Source of the DNA: Alphaproteobacteria bacterium
GTDB lineage: Bacteria > Pseudomonadota > Alphaproteobacteria > SHVV01
Length of the DNA: 64,000 nt
Assembly: GCA_965261735.1 (NCBI GenBank)
Contig: OZ253470.1
Coordinates: 4,122,980-4,186,979, forward strand
Direction of reading: 5' to 3'
Position 1 is the stretch's first letter, and the number at the start of each line of letters is the position of its first letter. Positions 9,922 through 19,875 of this stretch are shown piece after piece. The notes under the pieces were generated by a model, which saw nothing but the letters and a program-made list of their open reading frames with translations, was not told the DNA's origin and ran no database searches. The position numbers and the translations under genes are program-made.

Positions 9922-11328
9922 TCAGGCCGGCAGCGGAGGCCGGCGCTCGTACAGCGGGTTGGCCGCTTCGTACGCGCGGGCCGCCCTGAGCACCGCCGCA
10001 TCGGCGTACTTGGCGCCGACGATGTGCAACCCCACCGGCAGCCCGTCATCGGTGAAACCGCACGGCACGCTAATCGCCGGCTGGTGCGACAGGTTGAACG
10101 GGCTGCAGAACGGCGCAAAGGCACGCGGATCCTCGCCCTCGAACGCCTCGGGGTACCAACGATCGGCGGCAAAGGCGGGCACCGACACAGTCGGGGTCAG
10201 CAGCAGATCGTAGGTCTGATGGAAGCGTTGCATGTGGTGGCCGAGGGCGGCGCGGGCGTCGTCCGCGGTCAACAGGTCGGCGACGGACAGGCCCACGCCC
10301 TTTTCGGCCGCGTCGCGAACGTTGGGGCCGAGCAATTCCCTCTGTTCGGGCGTGAACTGGCGCACGCGGTATGCGCTGCGGCTGTACAGGTAGGTTTGAA
10401 GGACCCATAGCGGCGGCTCGAAACCGGGATCGGCTTCCTCCACCGTTGCGCCGAGGTCGGCAAAGACCCGCGCCGCCTTGGCGACGAGCTCGTGAACCTC
10501 CGGCTCGATGCCCTTGGCGTAGCCGAGCGCCGGGCTGTAGGCCACGCGCAGTCCGGCCACGCCGCCCTCGAGCCCGGCACTGTAGTCGACCCCGTCGCGC
10601 GGCAGCGCCAGCCAGTCGCGCCAATCCGCCTCGCACATCACCGTCATCATCAGCGCCGTATCGGCCACGGTCCTCGTCAACGCGCCGTAGCAGGCGATGG
10701 TGGCGACTCCCGCCGGCGGCCATGCGGGTACGCGCATGTTGGTGGCTTTCATGCCGACGAGGCCGGTGAAAGCGGCCGGAATGCGGATCGAGCCGCCGCC
10801 GTCGCTGCCGAGCCCCACGTGGCCCATGCCCGCGGCCACCGCCGCCGATGCGCCGCCGCTCGAGCCACCCGACGTCTTGTCGAGATTCCAGGGGTTACGT
10901 GTGATCCCGGTAAGCGGGCTATTGGTTGCCGGGCCGAGCGCGAACTCGGGCGATGTCGTCTTGCCCAGAATGACGGCTCCGTAGGCGCGCGCGCTCGCCG
11001 TCGTCGATGAGTCCTCGGCGGCCGGCGCGGGGTCCGACGTCTTCGAGCCAAAGCGGGTAGGCATGCCGGCGACGTGATGCGTGTCCTTGACCGACAGCGG
11101 GACGCCGTCGATCAGCCCTTGCGGCTCGCCCTTGGCCCAGCGCGCCTCCGACGCCCGCGCCGAGGCCATGGCGCCGTCCTCGTCGAGGTGGCAGAAAGCG
11201 TTGACGCGGCCGTCATAGGCGGCGATGCGCTCGAATGCGGCGCGCGTGGCATCGACCGGCGACAGGCTTTTGTTTCGGAAAGCCTCCACCAGCTCGGTGA
11301 GGGGCATGTAGGCGATATCGTCGGGCAT
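9922..11328 (-). CDS. Amidase (amidase signature family), paralog, convergent with the previous amidase
   Basis: GGSSGGASAAVAAG motif and conserved catalytic Ser region. Start taken at MPDDIAYMPLTEL. Confidence 0.8.
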   Translation of the reverse strand: MPDDIAYMPLTELVEAFRNKSLSPVDATRAAFERIAAYDGRVNAFCHLDEDGAMASARASEARWAKGEPQGLIDGVPLSVKDTHHVAGMPTRFGSKTSDPAPAAEDSSTTASARAYGAVILGKTTSPEFALGPATNSPLTGITRNPWNLDKTSGGSSGGASAAVAAGMGHVGLGSDGGGSIRIPAAFTGLVGMKATNMRVPAWPPAGVATIACYGALTRTVADTALMMTVMCEADWRDWLALPRDGVDYSAGLEGGVAGLRVAYSPALGYAKGIEPEVHELVAKAARVFADLGATVEEADPGFEPPLWVLQTYLYSRSAYRVRQFTPEQRELLGPNVRDAAEKGVGLSVADLLTADDARAALGHHMQRFHQTYDLLLTPTVSVPAFAADRWYPEAFEGEDPRAFAPFCSPFNLSHQPAISVPCGFTDDGLPVGLHIVGAKYADAAVLRAARAYEAANPLYERRPPLPA

Positions 11329-11438
11329 GGCGATTCCATTCGCTGGCGAGGAGCACGGGGGCCAGTATTGCGTCACCGGGTGCAGCCGATCAATGTCCTT
11401 TCGCGCCCCGACATCGCGATCCGCGGAGCGCCCGTCGG

Positions 11439-12416
11439 GTGGGCTTGCGCCGCCAGTCGGCGCGGGTTGTAATCGGGATTCACACTAGCGAAAGGAGCTC
11501 CGCCTTGCGCCGACCGGCGATCATCTCGGTGTGGCTACTCGCCTTCATGGTGCTGAGCGTCGGCGCTTGGGCCGCGGAAGAGCCCGTCGATCTCGAACTC
11601 GTTCTCGCCGTCGACGTCTCCGGCAGCATGGATTTCGAGGAGGCGAAACTGCAGCGCGAGGGCTATGTCGCCGCCCTTGCCCACCCCAAGGTCATCGACG
11701 CGATTACCCACGGCCCGCTCGGGCATATCGCGGTCATCTACGTGGAATGGGCCGGGTTTCAGCACAAGAACATCGCCGTCGATTGGACCCTGATCGGCGA
11801 CGAGACAAGCGCGCGTACGTTTTCGCAGGCACTATCAGAGGCGCCCTTGACGAGAGGGCGGCTGACCTCGATCAGCGGCGCCATCGAGTTCGCCATGCCG
11901 CTGTTCGACGACAACAGCTTCGATGGTACCCGCCGCGTGATCGACATATCGGGCGATGGTCCCAACAATAACGGGACGCTGGTGGTTCCCGCCCGTGATC
12001 GGGCGGCGGCGAGGCGCGTCACGGTCAACGGGCTGCCGATCGTCAACGGTCGGCTCGATCCGTTCGGCCGGCGCCAGCTCCCCGATCTCGACCTCTACTA
12101 CGTTCACTGCGTCATCGGCGGGCCCGGCGCCTTCGTCGTCGTCGCCGAGGACTTCACCTCGTTCGCCGCGGCCATCTTGAAAAAGCTGATCCTAGAGATC
12201 GCCGGGATGACACCGCCTCCGGCCGAGCGCCCTGCGGCAACGCCCGTTCGTCACGTATCCTGGCTACAGGGCGCCGAGAGGTCCTGGGGCGCCGCTCGCT
12301 ATTCCCCAATCGGGCCCGGCATTCACCCTGTGTCCGAGGGCTACGCGCCGGGGTGCGACGTCGGCGAGCGCCGCTTCCGCCAGTACTTCCAGAACCGGTT
12401 CGATATGCCGTTCTGA
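11439..12416 (+). CDS. DUF1194 (vWA-like) secreted protein
   Basis: Signal peptide, then LVLAVDVSGSMD (vWA MIDAS-like) and DISGDGPNNNG. True start probably downstream of 11439 (RBS AAGGAG at ~11491). Confidence 0.6.
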   Translation: MGLRRQSARVVIGIHTSERSSALRRPAIISVWLLAFMVLSVGAWAAEEPVDLELVLAVDVSGSMDFEEAKLQREGYVAALAHPKVIDAITHGPLGHIAVIYVEWAGFQHKNIAVDWTLIGDETSARTFSQALSEAPLTRGRLTSISGAIEFAMPLFDDNSFDGTRRVIDISGDGPNNNGTLVVPARDRAAARRVTVNGLPIVNGRLDPFGRRQLPDLDLYYVHCVIGGPGAFVVVAEDFTSFAAAILKKLILEIAGMTPPPAERPAATPVRHVSWLQGAERSWGAARYSPIGPGIHPVSEGYAPGCDVGERRFRQYFQNRFDMPF

Positions 12417-12452
12417 GGGCGGCTCGGCCCGGCCGGCCAAGCGAACCTCGGG

Positions 12453-13328
12453 TCAGGCGATGATCACCTCGTCGCCCTTGATTTGCGTGCGATGCATCAG
12501 GCGCCGGTCGGCGGCATCGAAGGGGTCGCGCCGGTGCATGACGGACAGGTTGTTCCAAATTAGCACGTCGCCGACGCGCCATTCGTGGCTCATGGCGAAG
12601 CGAAGGTCACCGGCGTGCGACCAGAGCTCGTCGAGGAGGGCCTCGCTCTCGCTCACTTCCATGCCAACGATGTACCCATGCGCCCGCCGGCCGAGGAAGA
12701 GCGCCCGGCGGCCGGTACGAGGGTTCGTGCGCACGAGCGGGTGACGGGCGCCCGGCGTGTCGCGGACATCGGTGATCTCGCCATAGCCCATGCGCCGCAT
12801 GCCGGCGCTGTTGTGCGCCGCATCGTGAATCGCATGGCGACCCTCGATCGCACGTTTCAGGCGCACAGGGAGCGCCTCGTAAGCCGCGTACATGTTTGCG
12901 AAGTAGGTGTTGCCGCCGGCGGCCGGTACCTGCAGGGCATAAAGGATGGCCGCCTTCGGGGGTACGTCGATGTAGGTCATGTCGGCGTGCCACACGGCTT
13001 CGCCGGCGCCGAGATTGCCCACCGGCCTGCCGCCCTCGACGACGTTGGAGATGACGTTGATCTGGAGAAAGTCGGGAAGGAATGGCTCGCCATAGGGATT
13101 GGGCCCGGGCAGGTCGAGTTCGCCGAAGTTCTCGCTGAAGGCGATAAGCTCGGGGTCGCTCAGACGCTGTTCGCGCACGACCAGGACGAGATGGTCGTGC
13201 CAGGCCTCGTGGATCACGGCCAACGCGCTCGCACCTAGCGGCTTCGACAGATCGGCGCCCTTGATTTCGGCGCCCAGAGGCCGGCCGTTCGGGATGACCG
13301 CAATGGCCTCATGGCTTGTTCGTGTCAC
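12453..13328 (-). CDS. TauD/TfdA family Fe(II)/2-oxoglutarate dioxygenase
   Basis: TauD-family motifs (WHADMTY, HxD...H facial triad context), 291 aa. Confidence 0.8.
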   Translation of the reverse strand: MTRTSHEAIAVIPNGRPLGAEIKGADLSKPLGASALAVIHEAWHDHLVLVVREQRLSDPELIAFSENFGELDLPGPNPYGEPFLPDFLQINVISNVVEGGRPVGNLGAGEAVWHADMTYIDVPPKAAILYALQVPAAGGNTYFANMYAAYEALPVRLKRAIEGRHAIHDAAHNSAGMRRMGYGEITDVRDTPGARHPLVRTNPRTGRRALFLGRRAHGYIVGMEVSESEALLDELWSHAGDLRFAMSHEWRVGDVLIWNNLSVMHRRDPFDAADRRLMHRTQIKGDEVIIA

Positions 13329-13438
13329 TGGGGCCCCTGGTGCATCGCGACGGCGCCCCGCATCCTAATCCAGATCAAGGCTAGGTGCACCGCGCCCGTC
13401 CTATTAGTGGTCAGGAGGAGATAGGAACAGGCGGTATC

Positions 13439-13576
13439 ATGAGCGAACTTCTTCCCTATTGGCGGCGGGTTAATTGGCGCGGCGCATTCGCGCTCGGCAG
13501 TCTGCTTGTCGTTGCCGTCGCCGGCTACGTCATTACGCTTATGGCGATCAACGGCGTAACTCACGGCAGCTTCTGA
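13439..13576 (+). CDS. Small single-TM hypothetical protein (45 aa)
   Basis: RBS AGGAGG 8 nt before the ATG. Hydrophobic helix LGSLLVVAVAGYVITLMAI. Short, unvalidated. Confidence 0.3.
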   Translation: MSELLPYWRRVNWRGAFALGSLLVVAVAGYVITLMAINGVTHGSF

Positions 13577-13636
13577 GCGGCGGACCCACGCTGGCAAACC
13601 GGGCTAACGGCTCGTTGCACATGCTATAGTCGACGC

Positions 13637-14500
13637 ATGAACGATGCGCCGAGTTCGACGGGCGTACACGCGCGGCTCGAAATATCGCGGCCGTGCCCGG
13701 CGCTCGGCGTCGAAGTCTCCGGCATCGACCTGTCGAAGCCGATGGATGACGGCCTGTTCGCCGAGGTGTTGCGGGCCTTCCACGACCATCTGATCCTCGT
13801 CTTTCGCGACCAGGCGCTGACGCCTGCGGCGCAAGTCGCGTTTTCGGCGCGCTTCGGGCCGGTCGAGCCCCACCCCCTGCGAGCCAGGCGCGGCATGGCC
13901 GGCCACCCTGAGGTGCTCCGCCTCGAGAATCGACCGGGCCAGCGCGGCGCGCGCAACGACTTCTGGCACTCGGATATTTCGTTCATGCCGAATCCGCCGC
14001 TCGCATCCATCCTCCATGCGCTCGAGGTGCCGGCGGGGTACGGCGATACGATGTTCTGCAACATGTACGCCGCGTATGACGCTCTGTCGCCGGGCATGCG
14101 GCAGATGCTCAATAGCTTGACGGCGCTCCACAGCGGCCAGGCGCTCGCGGCGCGCAACAACGATGGGGCGAGCGACGGGCTCCCGATCACCGACGTGCCG
14201 CCGTCGGAGGCGCATCCAGTGGTGCGCACGCATCCGGGTACGGGCCGCAAGGCGCTCTACATCAACCCCTACTTCGTCGAGCGCTTCACCGGCATGACGG
14301 TGGCCGAGAGCCAGCCGCTGATCGACTATCTGACGGCCGTTGCGACTCGGCCCGAGAACGTGTTCCGGCACCGCTGGCGCACGCAAGACCTGGTGATGTG
14401 GGACAACCGCTGCGCCATGCACTACGCCGTCCTCGATTACGGCGAGGATCACGTACGGCTCATGCAGCGCACGACCGCGGGCGGCGAGCGCCCGGCCTAG
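13637..14500 (+). CDS. TauD/TfdA family Fe(II)/2-oxoglutarate dioxygenase (paralog)
   Basis: Parallel motifs to the 12453..13328 protein (WHSDISF, ALEVPAGYGDTMFCNMYAAYDAL). Confidence 0.8.
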   Translation: MNDAPSSTGVHARLEISRPCPALGVEVSGIDLSKPMDDGLFAEVLRAFHDHLILVFRDQALTPAAQVAFSARFGPVEPHPLRARRGMAGHPEVLRLENRPGQRGARNDFWHSDISFMPNPPLASILHALEVPAGYGDTMFCNMYAAYDALSPGMRQMLNSLTALHSGQALAARNNDGASDGLPITDVPPSEAHPVVRTHPGTGRKALYINPYFVERFTGMTVAESQPLIDYLTAVATRPENVFRHRWRTQDLVMWDNRCAMHYAVLDYGEDHVRLMQRTTAGGERPA

Positions 14501-14526
14501 CCGGCCGCTCCCCGAACCCACGTCGC

Positions 14527-15681
14527 TCAGGCCGGGGCGGAGCCGCGGCCGAACCCGCGGACCTCCGTAATCAGCGCGCCGAGGCCGAACGCCAGGGCGG
14601 CGATCGTGATCAGCGTACCGAGCAGCGGAATGAACCCGATCAGGGCGAGGGCTACGAGGCCGATCACCACGAGCAGGATGCGGCCGCCCGGCGTCGCATC
14701 GCTGGTGCGCTTGAGAAGGTGCATTGCCTGCTGGCCGAGGGCCACCGCGCTGACCAGAAACCCGGTCAGGAGCGCGACGACCAGGATGGCGAGAAACACG
14801 ATCGCGAGCGGAATGCCGATAACGGTGATCATGAGAAGGACGATGGCCAGAGGCGTCGCGATCAGGAGCCCCAGGCCAAGGCCGAGCATTCCGAGCACCC
14901 GCCGCGGCTTGTCGCTCACCCGCCGCGCCGCGCCCAGGGTCACGGTCGGCAGGAGTAGGACCTGCACGGCGCCGAGCACCATCAGGCCGAGCAGGATCAC
15001 GATGCTCGAACCCCCGGTCAGGGAATGGGCGGTGCCCGTCATGCGCTCGGTCATGTCCGAGCTGATGAAGGTGACGTCGCCAAGAATCTGCGCGTCCGGG
15101 TGAATCTCGGCCTCGTTGGGGCCTCGGTACATCAGATTGCCCTTGATCACGGCCGTGGGGCCGATATCGATGTCCGAGCCATGCAGCGTGGCGTCGCCGC
15201 CGATCTCGCCGGAGATTTCGATGCGACGCCCGGCGGCATCGAGTTCCTTGGCGATGCTGCCGTCAATCTCGATGTGGGCACCTGCGAGCCAGGCTCGTCC
15301 GCCGATGCGCGAATTGGCGTTGAGTTTCACGTTCCTACCAGCTGCCATAAGGTCCCCGCCCACGCTGCCGCGCTGGTCGACATCGGCGCCGGCAACGCGC
15401 ACGTCACCATCCACGCTGGCTTCAACGATCACGTCACGACCGGCGGCCAGGACATCGCCCTTGACCGATTCGCCGACGCTCACCTCGCGACCGAAGGCGA
15501 CAACGTCGCCCGCGACCTCGGCATTGACGCTGACGTGCTCGCCGGCGGCGAACAGGTTGTCCTCCACGACTCCACGTTTGGTCACCGTGTTGCCGAACTC
15601 CTGTGCGGCGGCGTCCAAGCCGAGGCCTGGCACCAAGATGGTGACGCTGAGGACCGACCAAACAATGCCTCGTGCGACCAT
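14527..15681 (-). CDS. Secreted/membrane protein with bactofilin-like (polymer-forming) beta-helical repeats and C-terminal multi-TM domain
   Basis: Signal peptide. Repeated GDV/GD-V-x-V-x-A motifs typical of the bactofilin/DUF583 fold. C-terminal 4-5 hydrophobic helices. Confidence 0.5.
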   Translation of the reverse strand: MVARGIVWSVLSVTILVPGLGLDAAAQEFGNTVTKRGVVEDNLFAAGEHVSVNAEVAGDVVAFGREVSVGESVKGDVLAAGRDVIVEASVDGDVRVAGADVDQRGSVGGDLMAAGRNVKLNANSRIGGRAWLAGAHIEIDGSIAKELDAAGRRIEISGEIGGDATLHGSDIDIGPTAVIKGNLMYRGPNEAEIHPDAQILGDVTFISSDMTERMTGTAHSLTGGSSIVILLGLMVLGAVQVLLLPTVTLGAARRVSDKPRRVLGMLGLGLGLLIATPLAIVLLMITVIGIPLAIVFLAILVVALLTGFLVSAVALGQQAMHLLKRTSDATPGGRILLVVIGLVALALIGFIPLLGTLITIAALAFGLGALITEVRGFGRGSAPA

Positions 15682-15711
15682 TTTCGTTCCCCTTACTCCT
15701 TCGAACCGTGC

Positions 15712-16995
15712 TCAGGCGCTGTTCTGTCCACCGCCGCTGATGCGGCGGTAAATCCCCTGTGGCATCATGACGGCCTGGCTCGCCAATCTGCCGAGGTACT
15801 CGAGTCCGCGGACGAAGTAGGTGCCCGCCTGCAAACCACGCTCCTCGCGCTGAGTGGAGCGTTCGCTCTCGGCCTCCTCCAGCTTGTAGGCCAACGTGGC
15901 GACGATCCGCGCCGAGAGTTCTTCTTGGAGCGCCAAAGTGTCGGTCAGCTCGCGGTCGTAGCGCCCGCCCCATAGGTGGTAGCCGCTCGCGGTATCAACG
16001 AGTTGGGCCGTGACGCGGAGGTGATCGCCCGCGGCACGAACGCTTCCTTCGAGCCGATAGTGCGCCGGCGTTGGCTGTCGCCTGCTCGCGTCGCCCCCTG
16101 CCGGTCGCGCCGCCCGCGGCCGTAGTACGATGACCCGCATGCCCGTGTGCGCCGACAGAGCGACGATCAGGTCCTGTGTCAGTCCATCGCTGAATTCGTT
16201 CTGAGCCTCTTCATCGCCGATAGTGCGGAAAGGGAGCACGGCGATCGTGGGTTCGGCGAGCGTCGGCGGAGAAGGCGGGCTCGTGCCGATCACCCAGGCT
16301 ACGGAGAACACGACGACCAGCGCCACCCCTCGGACGATAAGCGGGCGCCAGTTGCGGCGCGGGCCCGTAGGCGCCTCGGATGCCGCATCCGACCGTTCGT
16401 CCTCGCGGCGCACCCGGTAGGTGCGCACCGGATCGGCGATGTTCTTTACGTTCCTTGCGCCGAGGTCCTCGTACGTCAGATCGAGCCTCGCCCGCACTTG
16501 GTCGAAGACCGTGCCTGAAAGACAGATGCCCCCCGGCGCGGCCAACTCCTGGAGCCGCGCGGCGACGTTGACCCCCTCGCCGAAGAGGTTGTCGCGCTCG
16601 ACCATGACGTCGCCAAGGTTGACGCCAATGCGAAACTCCATGCGCCGTTCGGGGGGCAGGGTCGCGCTCGCGTCCGCCAGACGTTGCTGGATCTCCGTGG
16701 CACACCGCACGGCCTCCACGGCGCTGTCGAACTCGGCGACCAGGCCGTCGCCGGCGGTGCTGAAGATGCGGCCGTGATGGGTGGCGATTCGTTCGTCGAT
16801 GAGGCGGCGGCTGGCGCTCAGCGCCCGAAGAGTCCCCTCCTCGTCGGCGCCCATCAGCCGACTATAGGCCGCCACATCGGCGCTTAGGATCGTCGTAAGC
16901 TTGCGTTTGACGGATTCAGTTTCGACGGCGGCCTCCACTTCGGGAGATCGACGCAGACTGGCGGCGAGAGTCCCTCGGTCCGCCGACCGGCACAA
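15712..16995 (-). CDS. Class III adenylate/guanylate cyclase (CHD domain) with TM helix and periplasmic C-terminal domain
   Basis: CHD motifs (KLTTILSADVAAYSRLMG, FRIGVNLGDVMVERDNLFGEGVNVAARLQ). TM WRPLIVRGVALVVVFSVAWVIG. IAVLPFRTIGDEEAQNEFSDGLTQDLIVALS periplasmic module common in rhizobial cyclases. Confidence 0.7.
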   Translation of the reverse strand: MCRSADRGTLAASLRRSPEVEAAVETESVKRKLTTILSADVAAYSRLMGADEEGTLRALSASRRLIDERIATHHGRIFSTAGDGLVAEFDSAVEAVRCATEIQQRLADASATLPPERRMEFRIGVNLGDVMVERDNLFGEGVNVAARLQELAAPGGICLSGTVFDQVRARLDLTYEDLGARNVKNIADPVRTYRVRREDERSDAASEAPTGPRRNWRPLIVRGVALVVVFSVAWVIGTSPPSPPTLAEPTIAVLPFRTIGDEEAQNEFSDGLTQDLIVALSAHTGMRVIVLRPRAARPAGGDASRRQPTPAHYRLEGSVRAAGDHLRVTAQLVDTASGYHLWGGRYDRELTDTLALQEELSARIVATLAYKLEEAESERSTQREERGLQAGTYFVRGLEYLGRLASQAVMMPQGIYRRISGGGQNSA

Positions 16996-17351
16996 CGGTA
17001 CCCCTCATCCGCCGACGCCGAGCATGCACTCGACGAGGGGAATCAGGTTGCTCGATACCATGTTGCAGATGAATGCGGCCTGTTCGACCGTGAGTAGCCC
17101 TTGGTCCAGCAATTCCAGTGCCCGTTGCGCGACGGGATGGATGTCCGGTGGAATTGGGCAGTTCATATCAAACCCCGCGATCTCGCGTCACGCGTGGGGT
17201 CGGCGCCACGATTGGCCGCCGACCAGCGCCGACAAACTCATGCACGCCATCCCGGAATGGCTGCCCGGCTCCATTGGATGTGGGTATTCTGGTCGCGATT
17301 CAAAAGACCCGAGCGATAATGGGCCGCCGTGCGGGATCGCCGTACCGCCTT

Positions 17352-17654
17352 TTATCCGGCCTCAGGCAATGGCGTCGTCCACACCACCCCGTTTTGCTTG
17401 TAGAAGGCGCTGGCTGCTTTTTTGAATTCCGCCATCTCCTGCTTGTCGCGGTGGAACTCGAACGCGGCCCGATCCTTGTAGCTCTCGAAGAGCATGTAGT
17501 GGTTGGGGTCGGCAACATCCTGATGCACCGCGAATCCGAGGCAGCCGGGCTCCTCGGTACGTGCGCGATAGGCATGAACGCGCATGAGCTTGTCGAATTC
17601 CTCGCGGTGCGCGGGGTCGACCTGAAGATCGACGAATACGGAAACGACGGTCAC
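17352..17654 (-). CDS. Antibiotic biosynthesis monooxygenase (ABM) domain protein
   Basis: ~100-aa ABM-like ferredoxin-fold sequence. GTG start with AGGAG RBS. The upstream part of track ORF 17352..17744 is probably non-coding. Confidence 0.55.
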   Translation of the reverse strand: MTVVSVFVDLQVDPAHREEFDKLMRVHAYRARTEEPGCLGFAVHQDVADPNHYMLFESYKDRAAFEFHRDKQEMAEFKKAASAFYKQNGVVWTTPLPEAG

Positions 17655-17777
17655 GGGCAGAGCTCCTCGATAGGCGCTAGCGAGCCGGCCGGTGGCGGCC
17701 GGCTCCCGTTTCGGCAACGCCCATGATGCACGCGCTGGCGCCAAGCTTCAACCTCGGCCCCGATCGAAGGCCGAACA

Positions 17778-18790
17778 TCACGGTGCCGGCGGCGACATGA
17801 TCACGAGACCCCAGGGCTGGCTGCCGACAGGGATTTTCTTGACGACGGTGAGGCGCCGAGTGTCGATGACCGCCACCTTGTTCTCGCCGATAATCGTGAC
17901 GTAGGCATAGCGCCCGTCGGGCCGGAACGCGACGTTGGCCAGCGACTGGCCCACCGGTATCCGCGCTACCTCACTGAACGTGGCGCCATCGACGACGGCG
18001 ACGAAGTTGTCGCCGATGTGGGTGATGTAGGCGAACCGGCCATCGGGCGTCCACGCCATCGTGACGGGCACGCCGCCGAGCTGCTGCGTGCCGCGTCGCG
18101 CCAGGGTCGCCGTCTCGAGGACGTCGTTGGTGCCCGCGCGCGCGGTCTGTACCCACACGGTGGCGCCGTCGGGTGCGACACGGAGCATGTGCGGCTTCGA
18201 GCCCGCCGGAAAGGTGGCTCGGTGCGTGATCGTGAAGCTCTGGAGGTCGAGCGCGGCCACGGTGTCCTGATCGCGCTCCGGGAAGAACGCGACCGTGCCG
18301 TCGGGCGAAAAGTCGAGGTCGCAGGGAAAGGCACCCGTCGAAATCTCGCGCACGAGGCGCAGGGTCTCGCGGTCGACGACGGCGATGATGTTCTCGCCGG
18401 CCGCGTTGACGAACACGTGGCGCCGGTCGGGGCTCAGCATGACGCTATGTGCCGGTCCCTTGCCGATCGCGAGCCGGTGCGCGATCTGCATCCGAGCGGG
18501 ATCGATGGCAATCAGCTCGACCGTGCCGGCGACCACATCGTAGGTCCAGATAAGCTTGCCGTCCCAGAACTCCTGTTCGTTCGATAGCCAGCGCACGCTC
18601 GCCCCCAGCGGCCGCGTGGCGACGACCTCGTGGGTCGCGGTATCGATAATGGTGACATCCTTGGACGCGGCGTTGAAGGCGTAAGCGTAGACCGGCGCGC
18701 AGGAGCGCTTGAGCGAGCGCGGGCGTGGCGCCCGCGAAGAGGCACGCGGCCATCAACAAGCCGAGCCAGGGGCGTATGGTTCTATTCATG
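17778..18790 (-). pseudogene. YVTN-family beta-propeller repeat protein, with a frameshift between signal peptide and mature domain
   Basis: Body ORF 17778..18596 holds the YVTN repeats. ATG at 18790 encodes signal peptide MNRTIRPWLGLLMAACLFAGATPALAQA in a different frame. The expected continuation PVYAYAFNAASKDVTIID lies in the body frame. Confidence 0.6.
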
Positions 18791-19802
18791 CTCCCTCCGT
18801 GGCTGTGGCGGCCCATAGCCTGTCCTCGTCCTCGACCAGGCGCAGCCCCTCGTCCTCGGTCAGGTAGCGGCGTACATTCTCGGCGCCGACGCGGGCGGCC
18901 TCGATCAGGCTGCCCGCGACGACCGACGAGTTGTGCGGCGAGCCGATGACATTGGCGAGCTCGAGGAAGGCGTAGTTGGTGCGAAATGCCTCGCCCGCCG
19001 CGGGCTCGGTCCACCAACAGTCGATGGCGGCCCGAAAATCCGGATGGCTCGCGAGGTGGGCGTAGAGGGCGGCCTCGTCGATGATCAGCCCGCGTGCCAC
19101 GTTGACGAGGATGGCGTGCGGCTCCATCCAGCCGAGCTCGCGCGCCCCGATCAGGCGATATGTCGTGCGGTTGAGGGCGAGAGCGATCACGACGACGTCG
19201 GCGCCGCGGACGACGACCTCGAGATCGTCGAGCGTCCCCATGAAGTCGACCGCTTCGCTTGTCGTGCCGTTGCGGTTGATCGCGCGAATCGTCATGCCCA
19301 GGCACCGCATGAGGCGAGCGACGGCCTTGCCGATGCCGCCGAACCCGAGGATCGCGCACGTGCCGCCGCGAAGCGTAGCCGTGCGTTCGTGCTGGTTGAA
19401 CGAGCGGCGCCTCAGGTTTTCGTGCTCCGGGATCAGCCTCTTGGCGGCCGCCAGCGCCATCGCGAGGGCGTGCTCGGCAACGGGCTCCGCAAACGCACCG
19501 GCGTTTCCGGCGAAGAGGATTCGGTCGGGCAACTCGGCCACGGGGAAATGGTCGATGCCGGCGGTCAACGCTTGTACGAGCTTAAGGCTCGTGAGGAGCG
19601 CGTATTCGTCGCCGCGCAGATCACTCGCGAGGTCCCATGCAATCAGCACCTCCGCCGCGGCGATAGCCGCGCCTCGCGAAGCGGGCGGAACATCGGCCAA
19701 GAAGGTGACCTGGGCTAACTCGGCCAGCAAGCCGGCGTAGACCTTGCGGGTGTCCTCTTCAGCCGCGTGCGTGACCAGGACCCGCCGTTCGCCTGCGCTC
19801 AA
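18786..19802 (-). CDS. D-isomer-specific 2-hydroxyacid dehydrogenase (NAD-binding)
   Basis: GFGGIGKAVARL Rossmann motif, catalytic R/E/H context. TTG start at 19802 (LSAGERRVLV) is uncertain. Confidence 0.7.
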   Translation of the reverse strand: MSAGERRVLVTHAAEEDTRKVYAGLLAELAQVTFLADVPPASRGAAIAAAEVLIAWDLASDLRGDEYALLTSLKLVQALTAGIDHFPVAELPDRILFAGNAGAFAEPVAEHALAMALAAAKRLIPEHENLRRRSFNQHERTATLRGGTCAILGFGGIGKAVARLMRCLGMTIRAINRNGTTSEAVDFMGTLDDLEVVVRGADVVVIALALNRTTYRLIGARELGWMEPHAILVNVARGLIIDEAALYAHLASHPDFRAAIDCWWTEPAAGEAFRTNYAFLELANVIGSPHNSSVVAGSLIEAARVGAENVRRYLTEDEGLRLVEDEDRLWAATATEGA

Positions 19803-19818
19803 TGTCCTCGGCCCCGTG

Positions 19819-19860
19819 AAAAGAAAAAAGGACCCCGCGCCAACCGTGCGGGGTCCCAGC
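19819..19860 (-). terminator. Rho-independent terminator after the binding-protein gene
   Basis: Hairpin GGACCCCGC-N-GCGGGGTCC followed on the minus strand by CCTTTTTTCTTTTC. Confidence 0.55.
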
Positions 19861-19875
19861 GTTTTCGCGCAGTAG

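Noticed and set aside
8724-9989. 421-aa Arg/Pro-rich ORF overlapping the amidase gene, and similar long GC-frame ORFs (e.g. 3606..4886, 12585..13238, 18445..19359, 52517..53758, 57299..58756)
   Set aside because: Alternative-frame ORFs typical of high-GC genomes. They overlap well-supported genes with recognisable domains.
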